A DNA stretch of 63,437 nt, counting the filler, from Thraustochytrium aureum (Eukaryota), in the NCBI GenBank assembly GCA_012862495.1. It is 5 parts of 4 records of this genome, joined end to end, with 100 filler letters (N's around TTAATTAATTAA, not from the genome) between each part and the next. Parts side by side here need not be neighbours in the genome. Positions count along the whole stretch, not along the records: positions 1 to 16,822 come from BLSG01000379.1; positions 16,923 to 41,847 come from BLSG01000380.1; 3 more parts are not named here. One strand, written 5' to 3'. The position numbers and the translations under genes were made by a program. The notes beneath the pieces were generated by a model. The model made no database searches. It was given only the letters and a program-made list of their open reading frames with translations, and had not been told where the DNA came from. This document shows positions 12,368 through 22,942 of the stretch, one piece after another. Within the stretch, counting starts at the first letter, position 1; each line of letters begins with the position of its first letter.

Positions 12368-13549
12368 ATGTCCGCCACGTCGGGGTTGAGTGAGCCAGCT
12401 GCTCGGGCTGAGCAGCGCCACCCGGGGCAAGGCCAGTGCAGCGACGGTCGCTCGGCGGGCTTGGAGCTCGTTGCCGAGGGCCCGGGAGGCGCCGGAGGAG
12501 TCGAGTATTGGAAAGGCGTGCAAGTCTCGCCCGACAGCCTTTGCGCCGTCGTCAACGCTGACGATCACGCCCTGCGCCTGTACGAGATTGGCGATGGTTC
12601 GCCAATGTTTGACAGCGCCGCGCTGACCTGTTCTGAGGGGAGCTGCGTGTATGACTATTGCTGGTACCCGCGAATGTCGAGTGCCGAACCTGCAACGTGC
12701 TGCTTCGCGGCGACGTCACAAGGGCGCCCAGTGCATCTCTGGGACGCTTACACGGGGCGGTTGCGGGCGTCTTACAGCCCTATCAACGAGCTGGACGAGC
12801 TGTCGTCTGCATTCTCGCTGGCCTTCTCGGCAGACGGGGCCTGCCTCTTTGCCGGAACGGAGCGGACTGTGTACAGGTTCGATGTGCAGCGGCCTGGAGC
12901 GCATCAGGAGCTGTGGCGGACAAGCGGCTCGAGGCGCTCCCGTGACGGACAAAGAGGCATCCTTGGTGCTTTGGACCTAGCACCAGACGGAAGCGGCCTC
13001 CTGGCCGTGGGATCCTACAACGGCACTCTCGCTCTGTACCCGTCCAACGAGGTGAGCCGGCAAGTGGCGCTTGTATCGGCGCATGAGCGCGGCGTCTCCA
13101 AAGTCAAGTTCTCTGCTTGCGGGCAGTTTATCTTTTCAGGGGGCCGGAAGGATGACGCGCTGCTTTGTTGGGACCTCCGCCGGCTCGTCGAGCCGTGCAG
13201 GGCCTTTTCGCGCCAGGTCTCCACGCACCAGCGTATCTCCTTTGACCTTGACCCCAGCGGGCAGTTTTTGGCAACAGCGAGTACTTGCGGACGCGCATTG
13301 GTGTACGACCTGAACGCTCCGACCAGCGAGCGGCCCGAGTTCTGCACGCCGTCGATGGGGTCGGCGGTGAATGGGGCCAGTTTCGTCCCGCGACGAGACG
13401 GATCTGGCCGCCTTCGGCTTGCTATTTCGACAGGCCAGCGCCATTTTGATGCTGTCTATGACTCGGACTCGGACTGTGCGGGAATGCCGTCCAAGTCCGG
13501 TGCCGCGAATCCGCGCCTCGCGCTTTTCGCTCTCCCTTTAGGCGCCTGA
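12368..13549 (+). CDS. WRAP53: Telomerase Cajal body protein 1 (WD40)
   Basis: KGVQVSPD, YDYCWYP.MSS..PATCCFAATS...PVHLWDAYTG.LRASY, FSGGRKDD.LLCWDLR and T.QRI.FDLD are WRAP53/TCAB1 signature segments. Confidence 0.9.
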   Translation: MSATSGLSEPAARAEQRHPGQGQCSDGRSAGLELVAEGPGGAGGVEYWKGVQVSPDSLCAVVNADDHALRLYEIGDGSPMFDSAALTCSEGSCVYDYCWYPRMSSAEPATCCFAATSQGRPVHLWDAYTGRLRASYSPINELDELSSAFSLAFSADGACLFAGTERTVYRFDVQRPGAHQELWRTSGSRRSRDGQRGILGALDLAPDGSGLLAVGSYNGTLALYPSNEVSRQVALVSAHERGVSKVKFSACGQFIFSGGRKDDALLCWDLRRLVEPCRAFSRQVSTHQRISFDLDPSGQFLATASTCGRALVYDLNAPTSERPEFCTPSMGSAVNGASFVPRRDGSGRLRLAISTGQRHFDAVYDSDSDCAGMPSKSGAANPRLALFALPLGA

Positions 13550-14527
13550 CCGAGCGGCACCGGTTCGGGTCTCGTAGCTACTGTGGCCAGCGACCGTGCT
13601 AAGTCGTCGGTTGATCTGCCACTGGCTGCAGCGCACAAGCAGGTTTGAGAGCGCCGCCGATTCGGTGCCTGGCTGGACGTTGAAGGAGCAAGGGGCTCCG
13701 GCAGCGTCGCTGGCGGACCCGGACTTGGCGCTCAACGGCATCATCGCCGGCCTGGGCTGTCTAGGCACTGAGCCGAGCACCTACTAGGCTACATACAACC
13801 TCAGTGCATTCACATGCAGGCCCCTCCGAGTCGGAGGAAGGCCCCAAATGAGCAGCATCCCCATCGATGACGGAAAGACTTCAAGAAGGACTCGGGCATG
13901 GCAGCCAAGCGGGTGGCGGCCTTGTATTATTGATTGAAATGGATGATCATGAAGGGAGAAGGAGATCGCGCGTGCGGTTGCTTTCGTAGCTTCCGGCAGG
14001 ACACTCCCCGAACTTTTGAATTTGCGACGAAACCTAATGGACCCTCTGGGGCCCGAAGCAACGTGCCGGGGCCAATGCAAGTGCTGCTCTCCCTTCGAAG
14101 GGTTCCCAGGGATCGTGTGGGGGCTTGGTCGGCACGCGTTTAGCCTGGAAACCAGGTCGGCGGAGGTCGCACCAGCAGCTAGCTCCATCGACGTCGGGTT
14201 GGAAGGCCAACCAAGGCGATTTCACTCAACTAAGTAGCACGAAAATGCTCTCGTTGTCCTCGTTCCTTCGAGCTTGGGCAAGCGCTTGCTTGGTCATCAG
14301 ACCGGACGCGTCGCCTCACCAACGTCGCCTCGCCAAACTTGCCCTCGCGCCCCGTTTCGCAGATGGATGCGGTGTTCTTTACTAGTACCAGACTCTCAGA
14401 CTGCGGGGCCCTCGGGACTCCCGAGCCGAGCAGCAGCTGCGTCCAAAAGCGCACGGGCCGCCACGGCTCTGCTCGTCACCCAGACGCACGAGGCTGCTGC
14501 CGCTCTGCTCGGTTGAGCAAGGTCGCC

Positions 14528-16142
14528 ATGCCCTCCTCCGAGTGGAGCGAGTCGGAAGGCGAGGACACCGTGGCTCGCATTGCGAGCCTCAGGACGCGGA
14601 GGGAGAGCGGCGAGGCCGAGGAGGACGCGGCGAGCGCTGGCGAGGCCCCGCGCTCGCCGATTGTGACGAGCCCCTCCTTTAGGCCTGCCCGGGGCAGGAA
14701 AGACGAGGTCGAGGAGCTCTTGCTCGACCCGGCCAGGCAGAGGTTTCCCGCCGTGGTCGAGGACTTTAACGAACTCCCAACGTACCCAGTGCGACCTAGC
14801 TATCGCGACTTTCACGCGCAGCTGCGGCCGTCCTCGCGCTGTGTGGTGAGCGAGTCGCTTTCGGACGACCCGTACAAGCCAGCCTCGGTGCCGATCTATC
14901 AGACCGCGACGTTCGAGCAGCCTAGCTCGGTCGAATTCGGCCCCTATGACTACAGCCGCAGTGGGAACCCGACGCGCACGGCGCTGGAGCGCATAACGGC
15001 TCAGCTCGAGCACGCTCACGCCGCCTTTGCGTTTTCGCAGGGATGGCCGCCCTGAACAGCGTGACGCGGCTCTTGGCCTCTGGCGACACGATGCTCGTTG
15101 GGAGCGACATTTACGGCGNNNNNNNNNNNNNNNNNNNNNNNNNNNNNNNNNNNNNNNNNNNNNNNNNNNNNNNNNNNNNNNNNNNNNNNNNNNNNNNNNN
15201 NNNNNNNNNNNNNNNNNNNNNNNNNNNNNNNNNNNNNNNNNNNNNNNNNNNNNNNNNNNNNNNNNNNNNNNNNNNNNNNNNNNNNNNNNNNNNNNNNNNN
15301 NNNNNNNNNNNNNNNNNNNNNNNNNNNNNNNNNNNNNNNNNNNNNNNNNNNNNNNNNNNNNNNNNNNNNNNNNNNNNNNNNNNNNNNNNNNNNNNNNNNN
15401 NNNNNNNNNNNNNNNNNNNNNNNNNNNNNNNNNNNNNNNNNNNNNNNNNNNNNNNNNNNNNNNNNNNNNNNNNNNNNNNNNNNNNNNNNNNNNNNNNNNN
15501 NNNNNNNNNNNNNNNNNNNNNNNNNNNNNNNNNNNNNNNNNNNNNNNNNNNNNNNNNNNNNNNNNNNNNNNNNNNNNNNNGTCGTTCACGACCGGGTCTG
15601 TGGAGATCTCGCGCCGCATCATCGATGCGTTGCGCCTCTTCAAATTGACCGTCTCGTTCGGTTCGTGCAACTCGCTGTGCGAGATGCCTTCGACCTTGAG
15701 CCACGCCTCCATTCCCGCACACCTCCGGACGCTCCCGGAGGACCTCGTCCGCCTGTCTATCGGGATTGAGGACGTCAACGACCTTATCGAGGACTTGCAG
15801 CAGGCGCTCGCCCTTGCGGCAAGCAGCGGGCCGCTTCCGCCGCGATCGAGGACGTCTTCGATGCACCTCAAGCGCGTCCAGCCCGAGGCACCAGAGGTTG
15901 AACCAGGGGCTCACAAAGCGTCGGCAAGCGCGGTCCCTGCGCACAGCGGACACCGGTCTGGGCCGGCACAGCTCTCGACTCCTGCGCCGCCTGGGGCGCA
16001 GGCCACGCATGGCCGTCTAGAACCCCGCGAGCGGCCCAAAGGTCACGAGTCCAGAAGCGACGTCCAGGGGGCCACGCTTGCGCTCGCGGCCTTTTTGGCA
16101 GGGATGGTTACGGTCCTTCTGATGCAGCGCTCGAGAGATTGA
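14528..16142 (+). CDS. CBL: Cystathionine beta-lyase (Cys/Met metabolism PLP-dependent enzyme); internal gap; frameshift near 15040
   Basis: SVPIYQTATFEQPS..EFGPYDYSRSGNPTR, (S)GMAAL, FKLTVSFGSCNSLCEMP..LSHASIP and LVRLSIGIED..DLI.DL match the plant/fungal CBL type. Confidence 0.88.
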
Positions 16143-16283
16143 GCAGAGCGCACGAGCGCGCCTCTTGTGCTGCGCCAGCGCTCGAGAGATTGAGCAGAGC
16201 GCACGAGCGCGCCTCTTGTGCTGCGCCAGCGCTCGAGAGATTGAGCAGAGCGCACGAGCGCGCCTCTTGTGCTGCGCCAGCGC
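16125..16283. repeat. Perfect 51-bp tandem repeat, 3 copies, containing the CBL stop codon
   Basis: The unit cagcgctcgagagattgagcagagcgcacgagcgcgcctcttgtgctgcgc starts at 16125, 16176 and 16227. Confidence 0.97.
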
Positions 16284-16451
16284 GAGGCCTGCTGGCTCCT
16301 TGGCCGATTCCACCAACTAGCTAGCTTGTTGCCGCAGCCTTAGCGTCGTTTCCCACTTGCAAACAACACCTGGGGCCGCTGCCTCCCTCCACGCAGAATA
16401 GCAGCGAGATTGTGAGGCTCGAGTCGTTCCGGAGCTGTTGGGGCCACCTGC

Positions 16452-16822
16452 CTAACCGGAGGCCGGCAGGCGAAGAAGGGAGCCTGCGAAAAGGAGACGG
16501 TCGCCTGAAAAGATAACCGGGACAGCCTCGCACGGGCCCTGCTCGTCGCGCGAGACGACGCGATCCACCACGAGCAGACCCGGGAGGAGTTGGCCCACGT
16601 TTGCATTGACGTGGAATTGGAGCAAGCGGCGGCACCCCACGTCAAAATTGACCAAAGCGAGCGGTTGGCCCGAAACCCTGCACAGGTCCAGCGCCGCCGT
16701 TGTAAAGCTCGAATGGCTGCACACCAGTCCGAGCGTCCTCCTGCCCGTCCGCGCCGCAAGCGAGGCCAGGCTGCCTTCCAGCTCCCGCACAACCTGCACG
16801 CCGACCTTGGCTTTGGCCAGGC
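16452..16822 (-). CDS. C-terminal part of an Mrr-like restriction-endonuclease-fold protein (RRG7/DUF2034-like), truncated by the scaffold end
   Basis: LAKAKVGVQVVRELEG...LGLVCS..SFT.AA......S..PL.L matches the segment that follows the QCK motif in Mrr_cat/DUF2034 proteins. The catalytic D and QxK lie beyond the contig edge. Confidence 0.6.
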
Positions 16823-16866
16823 NNNNNNNNNNNNNNNNNNNNNNNNNNNNNNNNNNNNNNNNNNNN

Positions 16867-16878
16867 TTAATTAATTAA
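16867..16878. other. Artificial scaffold-concatenation linker TTAATTAATTAA
   Basis: Six-frame-stop palindrome flanked by equal N-runs; an identical construct occurs four times in the window. Confidence 0.95.
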
Positions 16879-17577
16879 NNNNNNNNNNNNNNNNNNNNNN
16901 NNNNNNNNNNNNNNNNNNNNNNCGCCCCGCACAGCCCCCGCGCGACGCACGACTCGAGAGCAGCAAATGCCAGCTCGTCCAAACCTGAACTGCTCTGACG
17001 GCCAGAAAGGATGGCCGATTGTGCACGCGCGGGCGACGGTGTGCTCACACAGTTCGCCGAGCTGTTCGCCCGCCAGTCTGTCCGATGATGCATGTCCGTT
17101 TCGCCTCTCGAGCCGCCGCGGAGTTGCTTGCTCATGCTGGCGGCGACGACGAGACCGTTGGGGCGCTGCGCCCGCTCTGCCGCCCTCGGAGGACCGGCCA
17201 GTGAGGCTGGTTGATGGTCAGGCTGATGCACGTTGATCCTGACGAAACGCTCGGCCTCGCTGCCTGCCTGCCTTCGGAAGGACCGGAGAGGGCCGCCTGA
17301 GGAAGCTGCTCTCGTTTTGGTTGCCGGTGGGGCGGGGATGACGCGCGAGGCGAAGCGGAGTTCTCTACTACCATTGACAGAGCGGCCCCTTCCCAGCAAT
17401 TGGCCCTCGCGACGCCGTGGTAACTGCCCCATGAAACGTTTCCTGGCCCTCATGAGGACGGCAAGTGCACCTTCCTGCAGGCTGGGCGTCGATCGCCCAT
17501 CCACCGTTTGTGACTAGAACGAGAAGCGTCGGCACACCAGCACGTGGCGTTGCCTGTCGCCAAAACACGTTCTCAAC

Positions 17578-17955
17578 GTGGCGTTGCCTGTCGCCAAATT
17601 GCAAAGGAGCGCCCTGCGCGCCCTGCTGACCAGTTGGCCGATTCCTGAGCGCCATGCCAACCAGATCTGCAATGCCAAGCGGCGCACGGAGATGACAGCC
17701 AAGAGCCCGAGGAGCCTTTCAAGCGCGCGCCTCAACGAGAACAGCAAGCATGGCGTGGACGCTGCCTGGACGGAGGCTGCTGTGGAGGCGCGCGACCTCG
17801 CATCGCTGCAATTACTGGCGCGAAGTGCAGAGTTAGAGCCGTCTAGCAAGACTGTCGAGCGGCTATTCCTGTTGGCGCACAACATTGGCGACAAGGATGT
17901 CAAGGCGATACTTCAAAACGCATTTCCAGGCATCGAGCGCCTCGCAGCGCAGTAG
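17578..17955 (+). CDS. Hypothetical protein (probably the 3' part of a larger disrupted gene)
   Basis: Protein-like helical C-terminal sequence ending at TAG, convergent with KIFBP. No motif recognised. Confidence 0.3.
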   Translation: MALPVAKLQRSALRALLTSWPIPERHANQICNAKRRTEMTAKSPRSLSSARLNENSKHGVDAAWTEAAVEARDLASLQLLARSAELEPSSKTVERLFLLAHNIGDKDVKAILQNAFPGIERLAAQ

Positions 17956-18120
17956 CCAGACGAACGCTCGCAGATGGGGTTGTTTGCGGAGAAGGCCTCG
18001 GCGCCGCCCGCCACACTACTGTTTCTAGCTAGCTATAGTTCCCTGAGATTTATTTGGGTAAAGCAGGTCCCCGCCAAGCCAGTCTTGCCTCTCCCGAAAC
18101 CGCTCGCTCAGACTCGGAGC

Positions 18121-19998
18121 CTACAGCGTCGTCCCGCGCAGGCGCAAGCTCTGGATCTGGCTGGGCAAGAGCTCAACAAGGTCGCGGCATATCCCGCGCT
18201 CGGCGGCAAAGAGCGGCGAATCCGGAGCCAGCCGCTTGTTCGCTAGCTCGAGCGTCTCTTGGAACTTGTTGAGCGCCTGCTGGAGGAGCAGGGCGCGCGC
18301 GGGCGCAGAGGTCGGGTCTGGTGGGATCATCTTGATGTAGGCATGCGCGATCCAAAATTTGCTCATGAGAAAGGGCGTGTACTCGTCCGGGGACGCTGGC
18401 CCCGAGCCAGAGCGCTCGTCCAGAGCGTCGGCAGCCTCAAACGACTTGCAAAAGTGCGAATAGTAGCGCACCACCTTCAGCGCGCTTTCGTTGATCTTCT
18501 TGGCGTCCGCGGGAGAAGCCAAGACAGCGCCGCCCAGCTCCGCTTTTGCCGGCCCGTCGCCCAACGCCCGCTGCGAATTGGCAGCGAGTAGCTCGCGGGC
18601 GGCGTCCCCGAGCTCATAAGCGATCTCCTGGTGCTGCACAGCGTAGTACTCTGCGTTGAGCTCGTCCAGCAGGCCAGCCAGCAGCTTTTCGCGGCGCGAG
18701 TGCATCGCTACGACCCGTTTCAGGTCCGTTTCAAAGTACGCGAGAAACTTGTACAGCTGGCTCTGTGACTGCAGGATCGCCACGTGGTCGGTGGCGTGCC
18801 CATCGAGAAGGTAATGCTCCTTGGCCTTCTCGAAGGCCAGATTGGCCGTTCGGAACACTTGGCGGGCCCCTTCGAATTCTGCGATCTCTTGCACCGACGG
18901 AGGCGCTTCGTCCCGTTCAGAGCAATCGTCAAGAATGTAGCAATCGGGCAAGTCGTGCTGGGCGCTCGGGCTGGCCCACGCGCCTGCTGGAGCGCCTTCG
19001 CTGGCGAACGCAAACGCGGCGCGGCGCAAGATCTCCAGGTAGAGCGCACCTTTGGCGCGCAGGAGGTCGGCGACCAACCCAGCTCTGACCTCCTCATCCG
19101 GACCCGGGACCGGAGACTCGGAGTCGTCCGCGCCTCCAGGCATTGCCCGCAGGGCGGCGCCTAGACAGTGGCTCGCCACTCGCGTCGCGCCGCAGATGAG
19201 GCCGAAATAGGCCGCGAGGCCGATGGCGTCGCGCGCCCATCGCCACGGCTCGAAAGAGTGGTTGAGGCGCCGCTGTCTTGCAAGCGTTTCGGCGCACATC
19301 ATTGCACCGAGCTCCGCCTTGCCTTGGCTTGTGTACACTTGTGCAAGGAAGAACAGAGTGCTCGTGTAGGCCTCCTCCGCTTGGGCTGTTTCGGCTTCCA
19401 GGTCGCTCGAGGGCGGCGCGGACTTTAGACGGGGGTCTTCAGCAAGCCCTTTCGCGCGCTCGAGGAAAAACTGCGCGTTTCTGTTGCCCATTGCGCGGTG
19501 CGACCACAGGATGCCAAGGTAGTTGTACGCGTTCACAAGGTCGACGAGCGAGCCGAGGTCGAGGTGCGCCGGCCAAGCTGGCGAGCCGACGGCGCCCGAG
19601 GGCGTCGCGGTCTCGGCTTGGCCCTGGTCTGCCTCTGCGGAGGTCCTGGCGTTTTCAAGCGCAGCCCAGTTCTCGTCGCCCTCCAAAGCCGCGGCGCTGC
19701 GCAGCAGAGTGCGCTCGCCTTCGCCGTTCTCTTCGGTCGGGTATAGATTGATTCCAATGAGGCAGTCGAGTCTCGCCACCTGGCGCGCCTCGCCGCGTCC
19801 CTCGGCTTTCTGTCGCGCAGCCAAGAGCACGTCGCGCGCTGCGTACTTGCCCTTGTAAGGCTGGGTCTCGTCCTCCTCGGTCTCCCTCTCCACTCGGCTG
19901 GCTTCTCGAACCGCCTGCACCAGCGCCGCGTTGCCATCCAGCTCCTGTGGCGGCCCATCCGGAGGCGCGACCTCGACTGCCTCCGCTGCAGCCTCCAT
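18121..19998 (-). CDS. KIFBP: KIF1-binding protein (kinesin-binding protein, KBP)
   Basis: PYKGKYAAR..L, GIN.Y.TEENGEGE..L, AYNYLGILWS.R, YT.TLFFLAQVY, AKE.Y.LDGH.TDHV.I.Q.QS.LYK.LA.FE and MH.RR..LL; 625 aa, intact. Confidence 0.92.
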   Translation of the reverse strand: MEAAAEAVEVAPPDGPPQELDGNAALVQAVREASRVERETEEDETQPYKGKYAARDVLLAARQKAEGRGEARQVARLDCLIGINLYPTEENGEGERTLLRSAAALEGDENWAALENARTSAEADQGQAETATPSGAVGSPAWPAHLDLGSLVDLVNAYNYLGILWSHRAMGNRNAQFFLERAKGLAEDPRLKSAPPSSDLEAETAQAEEAYTSTLFFLAQVYTSQGKAELGAMMCAETLARQRRLNHSFEPWRWARDAIGLAAYFGLICGATRVASHCLGAALRAMPGGADDSESPVPGPDEEVRAGLVADLLRAKGALYLEILRRAAFAFASEGAPAGAWASPSAQHDLPDCYILDDCSERDEAPPSVQEIAEFEGARQVFRTANLAFEKAKEHYLLDGHATDHVAILQSQSQLYKFLAYFETDLKRVVAMHSRREKLLAGLLDELNAEYYAVQHQEIAYELGDAARELLAANSQRALGDGPAKAELGGAVLASPADAKKINESALKVVRYYSHFCKSFEAADALDERSGSGPASPDEYTPFLMSKFWIAHAYIKMIPPDPTSAPARALLLQQALNKFQETLELANKRLAPDSPLFAAERGICRDLVELLPSQIQSLRLRGTTL

Positions 19999-20359
19999 CC
20001 CGTCGCCGCCCGACGACTCTGCGCTTCCTCCTGCACACGCAGCTCACTGTCGCAGTCGTCAACCCGCTGCCGTTGTTGACGCTCCCGACCTCCACCTGNN
20101 NNNNNNNNNNNNNNNNNNNNNNNNNNNNNNNNNNNNNNNNNNNNNNNNNNNNNNNNNNNNNNNNNNNNNNNNNNNNNNNNNNNNNNNNNNNNNNNNNNNN
20201 NNNNNNNNNNNNNNNNNNNNNNNNNNNNNNNNNNNNNNNNNNNNNNNNNNNNNNNNNNNNNNNNNNNNNNNNNNNNNNNNNNNNNNNNNNNNNNNNNNNN
20301 NNNNNNNNNNNNNNNNNNNNNNNNNNNNNNNNNNNNNNNNNNNNNNNNNNNNNNNNNNN

Positions 20360-20610
20360 GATCTGCAGGTGAGTGGCGGTGGCCTCGGCCGGGATGGGAC
20401 TGCGAGGCGCGGCTGACGGTGGGCGGGTCGGGAAGGATGCCGTTTGACGCCTGCTGCCCCGACTGCTCGGTGCCCGGGGACGAGTGCCCCCCCGTGTGGG
20501 GCAGCTGCAACCATGCCTTTCACATGCATTGTATCGTCAAGTGGATTGATTCGCAGCAAGCGGCGCGCCAGTGCCCCTTGTGCCGGTCCGAGTGGTCGTT
20601 TCGGGCCTGA
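20360..20610 (+). CDS. APC11: Anaphase-promoting complex subunit 11 (RING-H2), 5' end in gap, intron 20369..20435
   Basis: Spliced reading ICR|MPFDACCPDCSVPGDECPPVWGSCNHAFHMHCIVKW...CPLCR.EW.F. Intron is gtgagt...gctgac...aag. Confidence 0.93.
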
Positions 20611-20937
20611 CAGGCTATGCGGGGGCTGGGAGTGTGTTTTGGGGCTGTTGAGCGCAGCGACCGGGAGGCTGCCCTGCGGTTGGCCGAGGCCAGCTGGCCC
20701 GTATTCGTTGGCTTGCGAGTCAAGCTTTCACTCCAAAAAACAAAAACATGCGTGGCGAGGCACTCCACTGCCTGTCGTGCAGGTGTCAATGCAAGAAAAT
20801 AGGTTTCCATAATCGAGTCAGTTGCCAACGAAGGCGCATTCCAATCTGAAAGGGCAAGCTGGCGCAGCTCCTTGTGCCCGCTTCCCGAGTTGCGTGTTCA
20901 CCCCCCGTCGTGGAAAACGTTGGGGCGATCCAAGCCT

Positions 20938-22942
20938 CTAGGCCACCACAGCATCGCCAGGCAGACCGCTGTCGAGCGAGGCTTCCGCCAGCTCAGCGCC
21001 GGGAGGGTCTAGATCGCCCGCTACCCCGCTTTCACCCAAAGCAGCGCGCCCATCATCCAAATCGGCAACTGCCTCGTCCAGCGCCGAGTCGGCGCCGCGA
21101 AGCAGACCGTCTTGAGCGGACTGTTCCCACGGCACACGAGGAGGCGGGCGGGCGAGAGGCTTGAGGCCCTCAGCGAGGCAAAGCTGATACTTTGAGTTGC
21201 ACCTGGCACGGTTCCAGTCGCACGGCCAGATATCATCATCAGGACACTCGCTTTCTTTGAAAGCCTCGACGGGGAACACAGCGGGCTCCTGCAGCGGCTC
21301 CCAGCATGCAGGGAGGCTAAGCTTGCGTGTCGCGCGACGCAGCGTCGACACCTTGCCAATGTGGTGGAACATGTTGAAGCGAAAGCCGACATGCGTTCGA
21401 CCGCGGCGGTACCGGGCCGCCTCTTCGGTCTCGCCTGCAAACCACTCGGTCGTGAGGTGGTCAGGTGGGCGGCGGGCCTGGTTGCGCTCTAGGTAGCCCG
21501 ACAACGCCATGAGGTCTTCGCCGTGGAGGAAAATGCCGTTGAGCCCCACGGACGCGCGGATCGCGATCCAGTCGTCCGTGTACTGCGTCGCCCTGTTGAG
21601 CAGGTAGCGCGCCGCGTCGATCCCGTTGCTGCACATCAAAAAGTCGTCCTCCATGAACAAGTAGTAGCGAGGGTTGTGCGTCTCGGCCGTGTAGCGGACA
21701 ACACTGACGACGTCGCGCGTCTGCTGCTGCACGCGCGCGTCGGGCGGTTTGGGCGCCTTTGCGCGGCGGCGGCGGTCGTCGCGGGCGAGCTTGACGGCCG
21801 CCGCTGGGGTCTCGTCGCGCCGATCAAGATTGTCTACAAAGTCAAAGTACTGGGCCCACTGGCTGCTCCCGTACCTTTCTCGCGCAGCCTTGAACGCCTC
21901 GTGCCCGCCTGGCGCGTTGTTCATCACGATCACCTTGACGCGGCTGAAAAGCGGGTCCGCAGGCACGGCCGGGAGGCGCTGCACGAGGGCGGCTAGCGTT
22001 GCGCCTAAATAGTCTTCGCCGCTTCGCCGCGGAACGGTTGGGATCCCGATCGCGAGCCAGGTCGGCTGCTGGACATCGCCGTAGTCGTCATCCACGGCCA
22101 CCTCCGCCGGCGCATCCGCCTCCTCCCGGCCGGCCGCTGCGCCTGGCGCCGCCGACGGGGCTTCATTCTGTGCTAGCCCGCGCTTCTCGGAGGTGTCCTG
22201 GATCGGTTCCAGTGGTGAGCCTGCAGGCACGGCGTCTGCGACTCCGCTCTCTGCGCGCGCGCGCGTGACAGAGGCATCCTGCACGTGGCTCTCACGACCT
22301 GGACTGGGCCTGCCGCGCCCTGGCTCGCCTGCGACGCTCTCCGCGGGGTCCTTTCGTATTGTTGGCTGCTCTGCTATCCTATTCTCGTGCTNNNNNNNNN
22401 NNNNNNNNNNNNNNNNNNNNNNNNNNNNNNNNNNNNNNNNNNNNNNNNNNNNNNNNNNNNNNNNNNNNNNNNNNNNNNNTATCCTATTCTCGGGCTGGAT
22501 TGCAGCGCTCTCGGTTTCTAGGGTGTCATGGGCCGCTGGCCGGTGCGGCTCGGCGCCGCCTTCCAGCAGCCGGATGCGGCGCTGCAAGTGCTTGTTGTGG
22601 AGCACAGCCGAGGAGGTGGCATCGATCTGGGCGTCGAGGTCGGAGACAGCACTTGTCAAGGCGCGTCGTTAGCGACTCGACGCGGCGCGAGTGCTCTTTG
22701 CGCGAGTTGAAGTACTTTGTCTTGGCCTCGTCCACTTGTCGCAGACAGAGTTCGTACTCGGACTCGTTGCAGCTCAAGGTGAGCGTCTTGATGACGAGCT
22801 GCGAGCGCTCAAAGTCGCGCTCCATGCCCTGCAGCGAGATGCGAAGGTCGTCGCAAAGCAGCTCTGACGAGAACATCCCGCTCACGATGTACAGCGTCTC
22901 GACGCAGACTACCACGAGGAGGATGCGAACGAGCGCGCCCAT
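20938..22942 (-). CDS. Type II Golgi glycosyltransferase, GT54 (MGAT4-like GlcNAc transferase) family; frameshift near 22670; small gap
   Basis: N-terminal TM (MGALVRILLVVVCVETLYIV), a coiled-coil and low-complexity stem, then LAIGIPTV.R....YL..TL, QQTRD, YYLFMEDD and FHHIG.VST, all typical of GT54. Confidence 0.75.

Noticed and set aside
13550..14500. Telomerase RNA or another ncRNA next to WRAP53/TCAB1
   Set aside because: No telomeric template (e.g. CTAACCCT) or SRP/snRNA consensus is visible; only short unconvincing ORFs.
10862..16142. Sulfur-metabolism gene cluster (TauE/SafE plus cystathionine beta-lyase)
   Set aside because: Only two genes, separated by the unrelated WRAP53; TauE substrates are uncertain and chance proximity is sufficient.
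16125..16283. CRISPR-like array (also considered for 44568-44701 and 60548-60666)
   Set aside because: Head-to-tail repeats with no unique spacers, no cas genes and a eukaryotic context.
16867..16878. TTAA repeats as piggyBac target sites or a biological motif
   Set aside because: Always centred in equal N-runs; this is a standard six-frame-stop assembly linker.
17542..17598. Direct repeat acgtggcgttgcctgtcgccaaa as a target-site duplication
   Set aside because: The copies are separated by only about 11 nt with no element between them; a simple local duplication.
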